A DNA stretch of 32,000 bases, from positions 30,001 through 62,000 of the forward strand of contig NZ_CP032551.1 in NCBI RefSeq assembly GCF_009734345.1, given 5' to 3'. The notes beneath the pieces are model-generated. The model had not been told where the DNA came from. It worked only from the letters and a program-made list of their open reading frames with translations, and ran no database searches. This DNA comes from Pseudidiomarina andamanensis (lineage in GTDB: Bacteria > Pseudomonadota > Gammaproteobacteria > Enterobacterales > Alteromonadaceae). The translations under genes were made by a program, and so were the position numbers. Shown here piece after piece: positions 7,410-17,400 of the stretch (positions are counted from its first letter, which is position 1; each line of letters starts with the position of its first letter).

Positions 7410-9353
7410 ATGCAACATGACGTTTATAAAGTGCCGGCGGATGCGAAAGCGCGGGCATTGGTGAACAATGAACAATACCTGGCAATGTATGAGCAGAGCG
7501 TGAAAGATCCTGAGGGGTTTTGGCGTGAGCAGGGGCAGCGTATTAGCTGGTTTAGCCCGTACACGAAGGTGAAGAATACGAGTTTTGCGCCGGGTAATGT
7601 GAGCATAAAATGGTTTGAAGATGGCACCTTGAATGCGTGCTACAACTGCGTTGATCGACACTTGGCGGAGCGCGGTGATAAAACGGCGATTATTTGGGAA
7701 GGTGATGACCCAAGCGTCAGTGAAGAGATTAGCTATAAGCAACTGCATCACGAAGTGTCGCGCTTTGCCAATGGTTTGAAGAAGCTGGGCGTGCAAAAAG
7801 GCGACCGAGTGGCGATTTATATGCCGATGGTGCCTGAGGCGGCGTATGCCATGTTGGCGTGTGCGCGCATTGGTGCGGTGCACACGGTTATTTTTGGCGG
7901 CTTCTCGCCGAATGCCATTGCTGACCGTGTGAATGACTGCGGTGTGAAAGTGATTGTAACGGCTGACGAAGGCCGTCGTGGTGGCAAGAGTACACCACTG
8001 AAAGCAAATGTTGATGAAGCCCTACGTGGCGGTCGTTGCGCAACGGTTGAAAAGGTTGTGGTAGCGAAGGTTACGCACGGCGAAACCGAATGGGACGACA
8101 GCCGTGATGTGGCGTGGGATCAGTTGGTGAAAGATGTGCCTGCTGAGTGCCAGCCAGAAGTGATGAATGCAGAAGACCCGCTGTTTATTTTGTATACCTC
8201 AGGTTCAACCGGTAAACCGAAGGGCGTGTTGCACACCACTGGTGGTTACATGGTGTATGCGTCAATGACGCACGAGTTAGTATTTGATTACCACGAAGAC
8301 GATGTGTATTGGTGTGCGGCCGATGTGGGCTGGATTACAGGGCACAGTTATATTGTGTATGGTCCGTTAGCGAACGGCGCAACCACGCTGATTTTTGAAG
8401 GTCTGCCAACGTATCCGGGCGTGGGCCGTATTGGTGAAGTGGTTGATAAGCACAGTGTAAATATTCTGTACACCGCACCAACAGCGATTCGTGCGCTGAT
8501 GTCAAAAGGCACCGCCGCGGCAGAAACCTCAACGCGTAAATCGTTGCGTACCTTGGGTTCCGTCGGTGAGCCGATTAACCCTGAGGCTTGGGAGTGGTAT
8601 TACAAGGTGATTGGTGAGAGCCGTTGCCCGATTGTGGATACGTGGTGGCAAACCGAAACGGGCGGCATCATGATCACGCCATTACCGGGTGCGACTGATT
8701 TGAAACCAGGTTCAGCCACACGTCCATTCTTTGGTGTACAGCCAGCGTTGGTGGATGCTGATGGCAATGAGCTTGAGGGCGCGGTAGATGGCAACTTGGT
8801 GATTAAAGATTCGTGGCCAGGCCAAATGCGTACGCTTTGGGGTGACCACGAGCGCTTTGAGCAAACCTATTTCTCGGCGTATAAAAATATGTACTTCACT
8901 GGTGACGGTGCACGTCGTGATGAAGATGGCTTCTTCTGGATCACCGGCCGTGTCGATGACGTGTTGAACGTGTCGGGTCACCGTTTGGGTACGGCGGAAA
9001 TTGAATCGGTGCTGGTGGAGCATGAGAAGATTTCTGAAGCGGCAGTTGTGGGGTATCCGCACGACGTGAAGGGTCAGGGCATTTATGTGTATGTGTCGGC
9101 GATGGCTGGTACGGAGATTACCGACGAGCTGACCAAAGAGGTGCGTGACTGGGTACGCAAGGAATTAAGCCCAATTGCGACGCCTGACTTTATTCACTGG
9201 ACAGCTGATTTGCCGAAGACGCGTTCAGGTAAAATTATGCGCCGAATTTTGCGTAAAATTGCTGCCAACGAATTCGAGAATTTAGGCGATACCTCTACGC
9301 TTGCCGATCCGTCTGTGGTAGATTCGTTAATCGAAAACCGATTAAACAAATGA
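7410..9353 (+). CDS. acs: Acetyl-CoA synthetase (AMP-forming)
   Basis: 647 aa. Classic Acs sequence along the full length, including [11 protein letters not shown] (AMP-binding), WWQTETGG and the C-terminal [13 protein letters not shown] motif. AGGAGG RBS. Confidence 0.97.
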   Translation: MQHDVYKVPADAKARALVNNEQYLAMYEQSVKDPEGFWREQGQRISWFSPYTKVKNTSFAPGNVSIKWFEDGTLNACYNCVDRHLAERGDKTAIIWEGDDPSVSEEISYKQLHHEVSRFANGLKKLGVQKGDRVAIYMPMVPEAAYAMLACARIGAVHTVIFGGFSPNAIADRVNDCGVKVIVTADEGRRGGKSTPLKANVDEALRGGRCATVEKVVVAKVTHGETEWDDSRDVAWDQLVKDVPAECQPEVMNAEDPLFILYTSGSTGKPKGVLHTTGGYMVYASMTHELVFDYHEDDVYWCAADVGWITGHSYIVYGPLANGATTLIFEGLPTYPGVGRIGEVVDKHSVNILYTAPTAIRALMSKGTAAAETSTRKSLRTLGSVGEPINPEAWEWYYKVIGESRCPIVDTWWQTETGGIMITPLPGATDLKPGSATRPFFGVQPALVDADGNELEGAVDGNLVIKDSWPGQMRTLWGDHERFEQTYFSAYKNMYFTGDGARRDEDGFFWITGRVDDVLNVSGHRLGTAEIESVLVEHEKISEAAVVGYPHDVKGQGIYVYVSAMAGTEITDELTKEVRDWVRKELSPIATPDFIHWTADLPKTRSGKIMRRILRKIAANEFENLGDTSTLADPSVVDSLIENRLNK

Positions 9354-9360
9354 CGGTGGC

Positions 9361-10008
9361 ATGGCGAAATTTTTAATAGCAGATGATCATCCTTTGTTTC
9401 GCGAGGCCCTGCAGGGGGCACTCGCGAATCATTATCCTAAGCTTGAGTTGCGTGAAGCGGGCGATTTAGACGCGACGCTTGCGGCGCTTAACGAGGATGA
9501 CGATCTTGATTTACTTCTATTAGATTTGCACATGCCGGGCAGCGGCGATTTGTATGGGTTAATTCGTATTCGCGAAGATTATCCGTTACTTCCCGTTGCC
9601 ATTATTTCCGGCTCTGAAGACCCAGCCGTGGTTGGCAAATGCATTGGCTTCGGCGCGTTAGGTTTTATCCCGAAATCACTCTCGTCAGCAAAAATTGCTG
9701 AAGCGATCGATGTTATTTTACAAGGTGACACTTGGGTTCCGGCAGAGATGCGCGGACGCCTCGATAACATCACCGATGAAGATCAGGAACTTGCCAGAAA
9801 AGTCGCTGATCTTACCCCGCAACAATACCGCGTACTGTTCTTGCTTCACGAAGGCTTGTTAAACAAGCAAATTGCTTACCAATTAAACATTACTGAAGCG
9901 ACCGTCAAAGCTCACATCACGGCGATTTTCCGCAAACTTGGCGTGTACAGTCGTACTCAAGCGGTACTTTTGGCTGAGCGTCTGCAACTTGAACCGAATC
10001 CTACCTAA
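9361..10008 (+). CDS. crbR: NarL/FixJ (LuxR-type) response regulator, probable CrbR/ErdR orthologue
   Basis: 215 aa. Receiver domain (DDHPLF, LLLDLHMPG) plus a C-terminal LuxR HTH (LTPQQYRVLFLLHEGLLNKQIAYQLNITEATVKAHI). It lies 7 nt after acs, and a CrbS-type kinase gene lies 8.9 kb downstream. The orthologue assignment is by context. Confidence 0.65.
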   Translation: MAKFLIADDHPLFREALQGALANHYPKLELREAGDLDATLAALNEDDDLDLLLLDLHMPGSGDLYGLIRIREDYPLLPVAIISGSEDPAVVGKCIGFGALGFIPKSLSSAKIAEAIDVILQGDTWVPAEMRGRLDNITDEDQELARKVADLTPQQYRVLFLLHEGLLNKQIAYQLNITEATVKAHITAIFRKLGVYSRTQAVLLAERLQLEPNPT

Positions 10009-10126
10009 TTGTTACATCTTGTTACAAATTTGAATAAAAAATGATTCATTTGTTAATGAATTGTAGGTAATTTCTTCCTTTGCGACTGTCAATGTCGTAC
10101 ACATCTGACACAAACAAGGAAGAGCA

Positions 10127-13100
10127 ATGACAACAACTAAAACTGCTCGTTGGTCGACATTAGCGATAGCGGTTGCGGCGGCAACTTCGGTATCGGCATT
10201 GACGGCTCAAGAGTTTCAAAAAGTAGATGCGGCCATCAAAGTGACCGAACGCCAAGCCAATCAGGTTAGCGAAAAGCACAAGATGACCATTGAAGAATTC
10301 GCGGCAGCACAGCAATCAACGCGTTTTTTAATTGAGTTTGTTGAGCCGGCTGTGGCTGTTTATAAAGGCGGCATCGCCGGTTTCGAGGCGACGTCTGCAA
10401 AGACGACTGGCGCAGAACGTTTAGATGTCAAATCGCGCAAAGTTCAAAGTTATGCCCAGTATCTTCAGCGTCGCCAACAAACCGTTTTAGCGGAAGTAGC
10501 GAAGCGCGTACCAGAATTGAAAACTCAGTCTCATTTGACCTTCACGTTTAACGGCGCAATTGTTGAATATAAGGGTACTGACTTAAAAGAAAAATTACGC
10601 GGTATTCCAGGTGTGAAAGCAGTACATAACGATCATGTTGTTTATACCGATATGGATGCCTCGAATGACTTGATTAACTCACCAGAAGTTTGGCAACTGC
10701 TTGGTGGACAAAGTGCTGCAGGTAAAGGCGTTAACGTAGCGGTAATTGACACCGGTATTGATTTTGCTCATCCGATGTTTGCTGATAACGGTCATGAACC
10801 AGCAACGACAGCTGCAACCGATGATTATTGCGCATTAAATGCTGGAGTCTGTAACGACAAGATAGCCGTTGCACGGTACTACCCAGCACCTTCTACGGTG
10901 CATCCGAATGAGTACATGGATTCACCGCAGGATATGAACGGCCACGGTTCGCACGTAGCAGGTACATCGACGGGGAATCCTGTTAGTACCACTTTCAACG
11001 GTGTTGCCTTAAATTTCTCAGGTGTTGCACCGGGTGCCAATCTGTTTGTTTACAAAGGCTTATGGAATACCGTAGATGGTCGTGGCTCGGGATTGACATT
11101 AAGCCTCGCTGAGGCTTTGGAAGATGCCGCAGTCGATGGCGCTGACGTGATCAACAATTCATGGGGCGGTGGTGCTGGAAGTAGCCCTGCTAACAGCTAT
11201 TACACACCAATCATGAAATCGCTCGATGAAATGGGTGTGGTTACTGTTACTTCTGCAGGTAACTCCGGTCCGGGCGAGCAAACCGTGGGTTGCCCGGGTT
11301 GTATTGAAGAAACCATTACCGTTGCAAGTACGCGTACGGGTCGTGTTTTTGCTAATCCAGTTGACGTGGATGGTTTTGATGCCGTGTTATCGGTTCAAGG
11401 TTCTGGGAATTTCACAATCACGACAGCTATCACAGCGCCTTTAATGCCTGCTTTGCAAGTTGATGCGGCAAACTTCGAAGGCTGTAATGCTTTTCCTGCG
11501 GACGCATTCGCGGGCCATATTGCGATGATATCGCGCGGTACGTGTAGCTTCGAAGTTAAAGCAAACAATGCGCAAGCAGCTGGTGCTACCGCGCTTATTG
11601 TCTACAACAACGCGGGAGCGGCGGCCGGCATGGCTATGGCTGCGGCTACATTGCCAAGCGTTATGATTGGCCAAACCGATGGCGAAGCTATTTTAGCTGC
11701 TTGGACTAATGGGCTTAGCGCTACTATAAATCCGACTGATGCCATCATTGATGAAAGCAGCGTCGATGTGTTGTCTGCCTTTAGTTCACGCGGCCCGAAC
11801 GGCGATTCGAGTATGTTGAAGCCGGAAATTGCGGCGCCGGGGCACGATATTTTGTCGGCAGCGCCAGGGCAAAGCTACATGGCAATTAGCGGTACTTCAA
11901 TGGCAAGCCCGCATGTGGCAGGTGCAGCGGCGTTGTTGTTGGCTCACAACCCTGATTTACTGCCGCAACAGGTGAAGTCAATTTTAATGACGTCGTCGGT
12001 TGATGGGGTGCGCAAAGAAGATGGCGTGACACCGGCCGATCCGTTTGATGTGGGTGCTGGTCGTCTTGAACTTCCACGTGCGTTTAACACGGGTATTACC
12101 TTTGATGTGGCATCATTTGCCAACCCAATGTGCTTAAACGTTTGTAACTTCACACGTCAAATCACCAACCTCGATGATGCCGCGGGTGAATGGCAAGTCG
12201 CGGTAGCGTTCACTAATCCAAATGTCACTGCAACTTACCCAGAAACGTTAACTTTAGAAGCTAACGGTAGCGCAGAGTTCGCGCTGGAGGTTGTTGGTCG
12301 TCATGCCGATGAAGGTTGGCAATTTGGTACGGTTACACTTACCGATGCCAGTGGCACTTTTGCTGACGCTCGGTTACCAATCGCTGTATATACCGCAATG
12401 TCAGAAAACTCCGGTGCTATGAGTAGCGGTGTCACAGCGGGCGAAGTTGTGGCAAATGCACCAATGACACTGACCATGCTGAGTGCGCTTGGTGATACCG
12501 GTGAAGATGTGACGATTACGGCGCAATTCCCTAGTGATGAGAACTTTGTAGTAGACGAAGATTCAGTGGTTGTCACTGAAACCTTAAGCTCAACCACTAG
12601 CTCAACGCTGGATAGCACCGCGCGCACTTATACGTGGACCGGTACGCAAACTGATAATCCGGCGGTTGTGACACTGCAACCAGCAACAACCTTCCCATGG
12701 GTTGGCTTTGACTTCGATACAATTGGTGGTGCAACTTACACTGAATGTGCGAGTGGTTGTGATGAAGTAGCTTTCACACTGGATATTACTGGCCTTGCTA
12801 CGTGGGAATATGAGGGGACGCAATACACAAAACTCACCTTCTGGGAAAACGGTATTATTCAGCTTGGCGAACAAACCGTAGCGACCACATGGCAGTTGCA
12901 AGGTCTGCCAAATAGCGCAGAACCGAATAACGTATTGGCGCCATTGTGGGCAGACTTTGAAACTGAGGCTGGCGAAGGCGAACTGCGTTATGACATCGTT
13001 TTCGACGGCGTCGATAACTGGTTAGTTATTGAGTGGTATCGCGTGCAAGAGTGGGGCGATACAACGGGTGCTACCCATACGTTCAATATTTGGTTCCGCT

Positions 13101-14311
13101 TAAATGGCAGCGATGCGTATTTCAACTATATCGATGTTAACCAAACAGCGAACCTCTACGGTGTGATTGGTCTTGAGAACGCAGACGGTACGGTTGGCAG
13201 TATGGTTTATGCAGCAGGCGGCTACTATCCGGCGGATGGTGAGGCGTTTGAGATTGGCTTGACCAAAGGCGAATCAGCCTCTGTGCAAATTGATCTGGAC
13301 GCTACCGTGACAACCTTTGGTGATATATCGAGCGCAACCGGCAGTGGTAAACATAGCAACGCGATGACTATCGACTTAACTGATGCCGTGGGTGCGCCGC
13401 AGCGTGATTTGTTGACGCTGTTAAACATTACCAGCGGTACTGTGTCGTACGACGCTATTCTACCCATGCTGATTAAACCGGACGGCACCATGACGGTTGA
13501 AGTGACTGCGCAACCTGAGCACGGTACGGTGAGCTTTGATGGCATGATCGCAACCTATACTCCGGATTCAGGTTATGTCGGTAGCGACAGCTTCAGTTAT
13601 CGTGTAGTGGATGCTGCTGGCGCAACGTCAACGGAAAACACCGTATCTGTTAGCGTAACTAATACGGCGCCAACGGTAACGGCTACCGCACCAGAAACGG
13701 CTGAAAACGGTGATACTGTGGTGTTAGATGCGTCATCGGCGGCGGATGCTGAAGGCGATGCATTAACCTATAGCTGGGTACAAACCGCGGGGCCTGAGAT
13801 TGAGCTCAGTGGTGCTGATGCAGCACAAGCATCGTTCACTGCACCGTTGTTTGAGGAAAACGACACAGACTTCGGGTTTACCGTGACTGTGAGCGATGGC
13901 ATTGAATCGGTTACCAGTGATGTGGTTATGACTGTGTTGGCCGATCCGAACACTGCGCCGGTTATTAATATCAGTGCACCTAGTTCAGCGTCAGCTGACA
14001 CCATAGTGCGTCTCGATGCATCAGGCACAACCGATGCTGAAGACGACGTTTTAACCTTTAACTGGCAGTTTGCTGGCGGTACCACTGTCTCGTTGAACAA
14101 TGCGACTTCCGCGGTTGCAACGTTCACCGTGCCACGTGTATTTGAGCAGGCACAAGCGAACTTTGTGGTCACTGTTTCTGACGGTCGTGCGACCAGTCAA
14201 CAAATGGTAACTGTGACGTTTGAGCCGGAAGAAAAATCAAGTGGTTCAATGCCTTGGTTATTCACCTTGCTCGCGTTGCCATTGGTTTGGCTACGCCGTC
14301 GTAAAGGTTAA
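10127..14311 (+). CDS. Secreted multidomain S8 subtilisin-like serine protease (I9-like propeptide, PA-domain insert, NIDO-like module, Ig/cadherin-like domain, 2 PKD-like repeats, GlyGly-CTERM-like tail)
   Basis: 1394 aa. Signal peptide; catalytic motifs VAVIDTGID (Asp), HGSHVAGT (His), NNSWG and GTSMASPHVAG (Ser); PA-type insert (ISRGTCSFEVKANNAQAAGATALIVYNN) between His and Ser; C-terminus SSGSMPWLFTLLALPLVWLRRRKG. Confidence 0.9.
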   Translation: MTTTKTARWSTLAIAVAAATSVSALTAQEFQKVDAAIKVTERQANQVSEKHKMTIEEFAAAQQSTRFLIEFVEPAVAVYKGGIAGFEATSAKTTGAERLDVKSRKVQSYAQYLQRRQQTVLAEVAKRVPELKTQSHLTFTFNGAIVEYKGTDLKEKLRGIPGVKAVHNDHVVYTDMDASNDLINSPEVWQLLGGQSAAGKGVNVAVIDTGIDFAHPMFADNGHEPATTAATDDYCALNAGVCNDKIAVARYYPAPSTVHPNEYMDSPQDMNGHGSHVAGTSTGNPVSTTFNGVALNFSGVAPGANLFVYKGLWNTVDGRGSGLTLSLAEALEDAAVDGADVINNSWGGGAGSSPANSYYTPIMKSLDEMGVVTVTSAGNSGPGEQTVGCPGCIEETITVASTRTGRVFANPVDVDGFDAVLSVQGSGNFTITTAITAPLMPALQVDAANFEGCNAFPADAFAGHIAMISRGTCSFEVKANNAQAAGATALIVYNNAGAAAGMAMAAATLPSVMIGQTDGEAILAAWTNGLSATINPTDAIIDESSVDVLSAFSSRGPNGDSSMLKPEIAAPGHDILSAAPGQSYMAISGTSMASPHVAGAAALLLAHNPDLLPQQVKSILMTSSVDGVRKEDGVTPADPFDVGAGRLELPRAFNTGITFDVASFANPMCLNVCNFTRQITNLDDAAGEWQVAVAFTNPNVTATYPETLTLEANGSAEFALEVVGRHADEGWQFGTVTLTDASGTFADARLPIAVYTAMSENSGAMSSGVTAGEVVANAPMTLTMLSALGDTGEDVTITAQFPSDENFVVDEDSVVVTETLSSTTSSTLDSTARTYTWTGTQTDNPAVVTLQPATTFPWVGFDFDTIGGATYTECASGCDEVAFTLDITGLATWEYEGTQYTKLTFWENGIIQLGEQTVATTWQLQGLPNSAEPNNVLAPLWADFETEAGEGELRYDIVFDGVDNWLVIEWYRVQEWGDTTGATHTFNIWFRLNGSDAYFNYIDVNQTANLYGVIGLENADGTVGSMVYAAGGYYPADGEAFEIGLTKGESASVQIDLDATVTTFGDISSATGSGKHSNAMTIDLTDAVGAPQRDLLTLLNITSGTVSYDAILPMLIKPDGTMTVEVTAQPEHGTVSFDGMIATYTPDSGYVGSDSFSYRVVDAAGATSTENTVSVSVTNTAPTVTATAPETAENGDTVVLDASSAADAEGDALTYSWVQTAGPEIELSGADAAQASFTAPLFEENDTDFGFTVTVSDGIESVTSDVVMTVLADPNTAPVINISAPSSASADTIVRLDASGTTDAEDDVLTFNWQFAGGTTVSLNNATSAVATFTVPRVFEQAQANFVVTVSDGRATSQQMVTVTFEPEEKSSGSMPWLFTLLALPLVWLRRRKG

Positions 14312-14355
14312 GTTAAAACAATTTATTACAAAATTTATTCTTTTGTAATTTGGTC

Positions 14356-14390
14356 AAAAACGGCGATAGTATGAACTATTGCCGTTTTTT
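14356..14390 (+). terminator. Rho-independent terminator after protease 1 (ACGGCGATAG-TATGAA-CTATTGCCGT plus T6)
   Basis: 9-bp stem 14361-14369/14376-14384 with one G-U pair. The flanking A5/T5 can extend the stem. T-run 14385-14390. The terminator ends 19 nt before the protease 2 ATG. Confidence 0.75.
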
Positions 14391-14408
14391 ATGAGTATAA
14401 AAGTAACT

Positions 14409-17400
14409 ATGAAAAGACTACAGACAACACTAGCAGTAACAATTGTGGCTTTGCTCACGAGCGCAGCAACAAGTACCGTTTATGCGGCCGACATTCAGGT
14501 GAAAGTGAATGAGCGGACCATGACTGCGCCACAGCGAAAAATTCCGCAACCGGCTGAGCAGCGAGTAGGCGTCGCTGCGCCGAAGCGTTATTTGATTCAG
14601 TTGGAAGAGCCAAGTGTCGCGACTTATAAAGGCGGCATTGCAGGCTATGCGGCAACGTCAGCTGCGGTCACTGATAGCAAGCGTTTGCGTCTTGGCTCTC
14701 AAGCCGTATCGGATTATTCAGGATACGTGCAAAAACGGCAGAAAGAAATTTTTAACACCATCACACAACAGGTGCCTTCGGTTGCACTGAAAAAGCACAT
14801 GAAGTTGCTACTGAATGCGATGGTGGTGGAGTACAACGGTGATGATTTAGCTCAACAGTTGGCGGGTATGCCTGGTATAAAAGGCGTGTATGCTGATCGT
14901 GAAGTTTACGTACAAACGGATACGTCAAACGCCCTAATTGAGGCTCCAGCCGTATGGCAACAGTTAGGCGGGCAAGCGCAAGCTGGTGCAGGCGTTAAAA
15001 TTGCTATTTTGGATACGGGAATTGACCCTGACCATATCATGTTTGAAGATAACGGCCATACGCGACCTGATTTAGGGATCACTGACGATTACTGTGCCAG
15101 TACCCCTTCGTTTTGTAACGATAAATTGATTGTTGCTCGTTATTTTTTGCCAGCGGGATTTGATTTACATCCGGATGAGTTTGCTAATTCGCCAGAAGAT
15201 TTAGATGGCCATGGTACACACGTTGCTGGTACCGCTGCGGGTAATCCTGTAAGTACAACTTTTAATGGGGTTTCGGTGAACTTCTCTGGCGTAGCTCCGG
15301 GCGCTAATTTAATGATTTATAAAGCCTTGTGGGTAAATGCCGATGGCAGTACGACGGGGTCATCAATCAGTTTGGCTGAAGCGTTAGAGGCGGCAGCAAA
15401 TGATGGTGCAGATGTCATTAATAACTCGTGGGGCAGCCTAGATAACGGTGTCGCGCCCTATGAGGCAGATATAGTTCGCGCTATTGACGCGATGGGGATT
15501 GTGAATGTGGCAGCTGCCGGCAATGATGGTCCTGCAGAGAGTAGCATGGGCTGCCCAGCCTGTATTGATGAGATGTTGGCGGTTGCTAATACGCAAACGG
15601 GTCGTCGTTTTGCGGTGACAATGACGCATAGTGATTATAGCAATGCAATTCCGGTGCTGATTGGACAAGGGGATTTCACTATTTCCACAGCAATTACTGG
15701 TGCTTTTCGAACTGCGAAGCGCGACGCGCCGTCAAATTCACTAGCCTGTAACAGTTTTAGTGCTGGCTTATTTACCAACGAGATTGTACTGGTTGAGCGC
15801 GGTACTTGTACGTTTGAACAAAAAGCTAATAATTTGCAGGCTGCCGGTGCCCGAGCGATGGTGTTGTATAACAACGTCGCAGGCGCCATTAGCATGGACA
15901 TGGGGACGGCGACGTTGCCAAGCGTGTCACTTGATCAAGCCACCGGACAGCAGTTAGAAAGCGGTTGGGTAGCGGGAGAGCAAGTGACGATCAATCCGCC
16001 GACACGAGTGATAGATGAATCGCTTCAAGATCGTTTGGCGAGCTCGAGTTCACGCGGGCCGAATCGCGATAGCACCATACTGAAGCCAGAAGTTGCCGCG
16101 CCAGGTACTGATATTCTCTCGGCGTATCCAGGTAATCAATTGGCACTATTAAGTGGTACTTCGATGGCAAGTCCGCATGTAGCTGGTGCCGCTGCATTAT
16201 TACGAGATCTAAAACCTAGCTGGACGAATAACCAAATTAAATCGGTACTGATGACGTCTGCAAACGCGAATATCAGGCAGAGCGATAATGACGCGCAAGC
16301 AACGCCTCATCAAGTTGGCGCTGGTCGTATTGATCTCGCTGCAGCAATGGCATCTGGCATTAGCTTTGACCGCGCTTCGCTAAACAACAATGCGTGCATT
16401 GGCATGTGTGACTTTGACCGTGTCGTCACTAACTTAACTTCGGCAACGCAAACATGGAATATCACCGCAAGTTTTGATGATCCGAACATTACGGCGACTT
16501 TACCGGCGACAATTTCACTTGCCGCAAATGAGAGCAAAACCTTGTCGGTTACGATCAACACAGCTTTTGCCGATGAAGGCTGGCAATTTGGCGCCTTAAC
16601 GTTAACGTCTGATTCAGGTAATTACTCGTCGGCTCGATTACCGATTGCGGTTTATACGTCTCTTTCAGATGACTCGAGAATTATTTCTGGTGCTATCGCC
16701 TCCGGTGGCGCTGTTGCTGGAGAGGCGATGACGCTGCAGCTACGCGGCGGACTAGGATTTACAGATGGGGCGACCGAATTTTCGGTAGCGCTGCCAACGA
16801 GTGCAGGAATTTCTATTGATTACAACAACATTGGATTGCAGTTAACGCGCAGCACGCAAACTGCGTTTGATGTGAACGAAACAACGGGGATTTTGGTTTG
16901 GCAAGGCGACCAAAATGATGCCCCCGATTCAGCTAACATTGGTGCAGTTTCTGGTTTTGCTTATGCTGGGATGTCACTGGCTGATATTGCGCTAACGCAA
17001 GATATTAGTATTTCGAGTGTGTGCAGTGAAGGCTGTGATGATTTAGTCGCTGAAGTTGAACTAGAAGGCGATGGCGCAACTTGGAGTTTTGACGGTTTTG
17101 ACCATCATGTGTTCTCGATGTGGAGTAACGGTGTGGTTGAGCTTGGTGAAAGCCGAGCGTTATTTACAGCCAGTGCGGCAATGTTACCCAATGAAAACGA
17201 ACCAAACGGCATTGTCGCGCCGTTTTGGACCGACTTGGAATTTGTGAATGGCGATGGCGAAATGAATTACGCCATTGTGACCGAAGGCACCGATACATAC
17301 TTGGTACTTGAGTGGGAAAATGCACGGAGCTGGGTTGCTTCGGGCGCCACTGACAATGGTGTACGTTACACCTTTAATGTGTGGTTTAAATTAGGAACCA

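Noticed and set aside
7395-7883. A 162-aa minus-strand ORF across the acs start. Similar antisense ORFs lie inside the proteases, crbS, the TonB receptor and the symporter (for example 13768..14172, 17864..18271, 20921..21163 and 28679..29038).
   Set aside because: All are fully embedded in strongly supported genes on the opposite strand or in another frame. Their compositions (Arg/His/Ser/Thr-rich) are typical of non-coding frames.
14237-14308. I considered whether the C-terminal tails of the proteases are PEP-CTERM or LPXTG sorting signals.
   Set aside because: No PEP or LPXTG motif precedes the TM helix. The SSG-x-M-x-W plus helix plus RRR pattern fits the GlyGly-CTERM class better, although this is unverified without the HMM.
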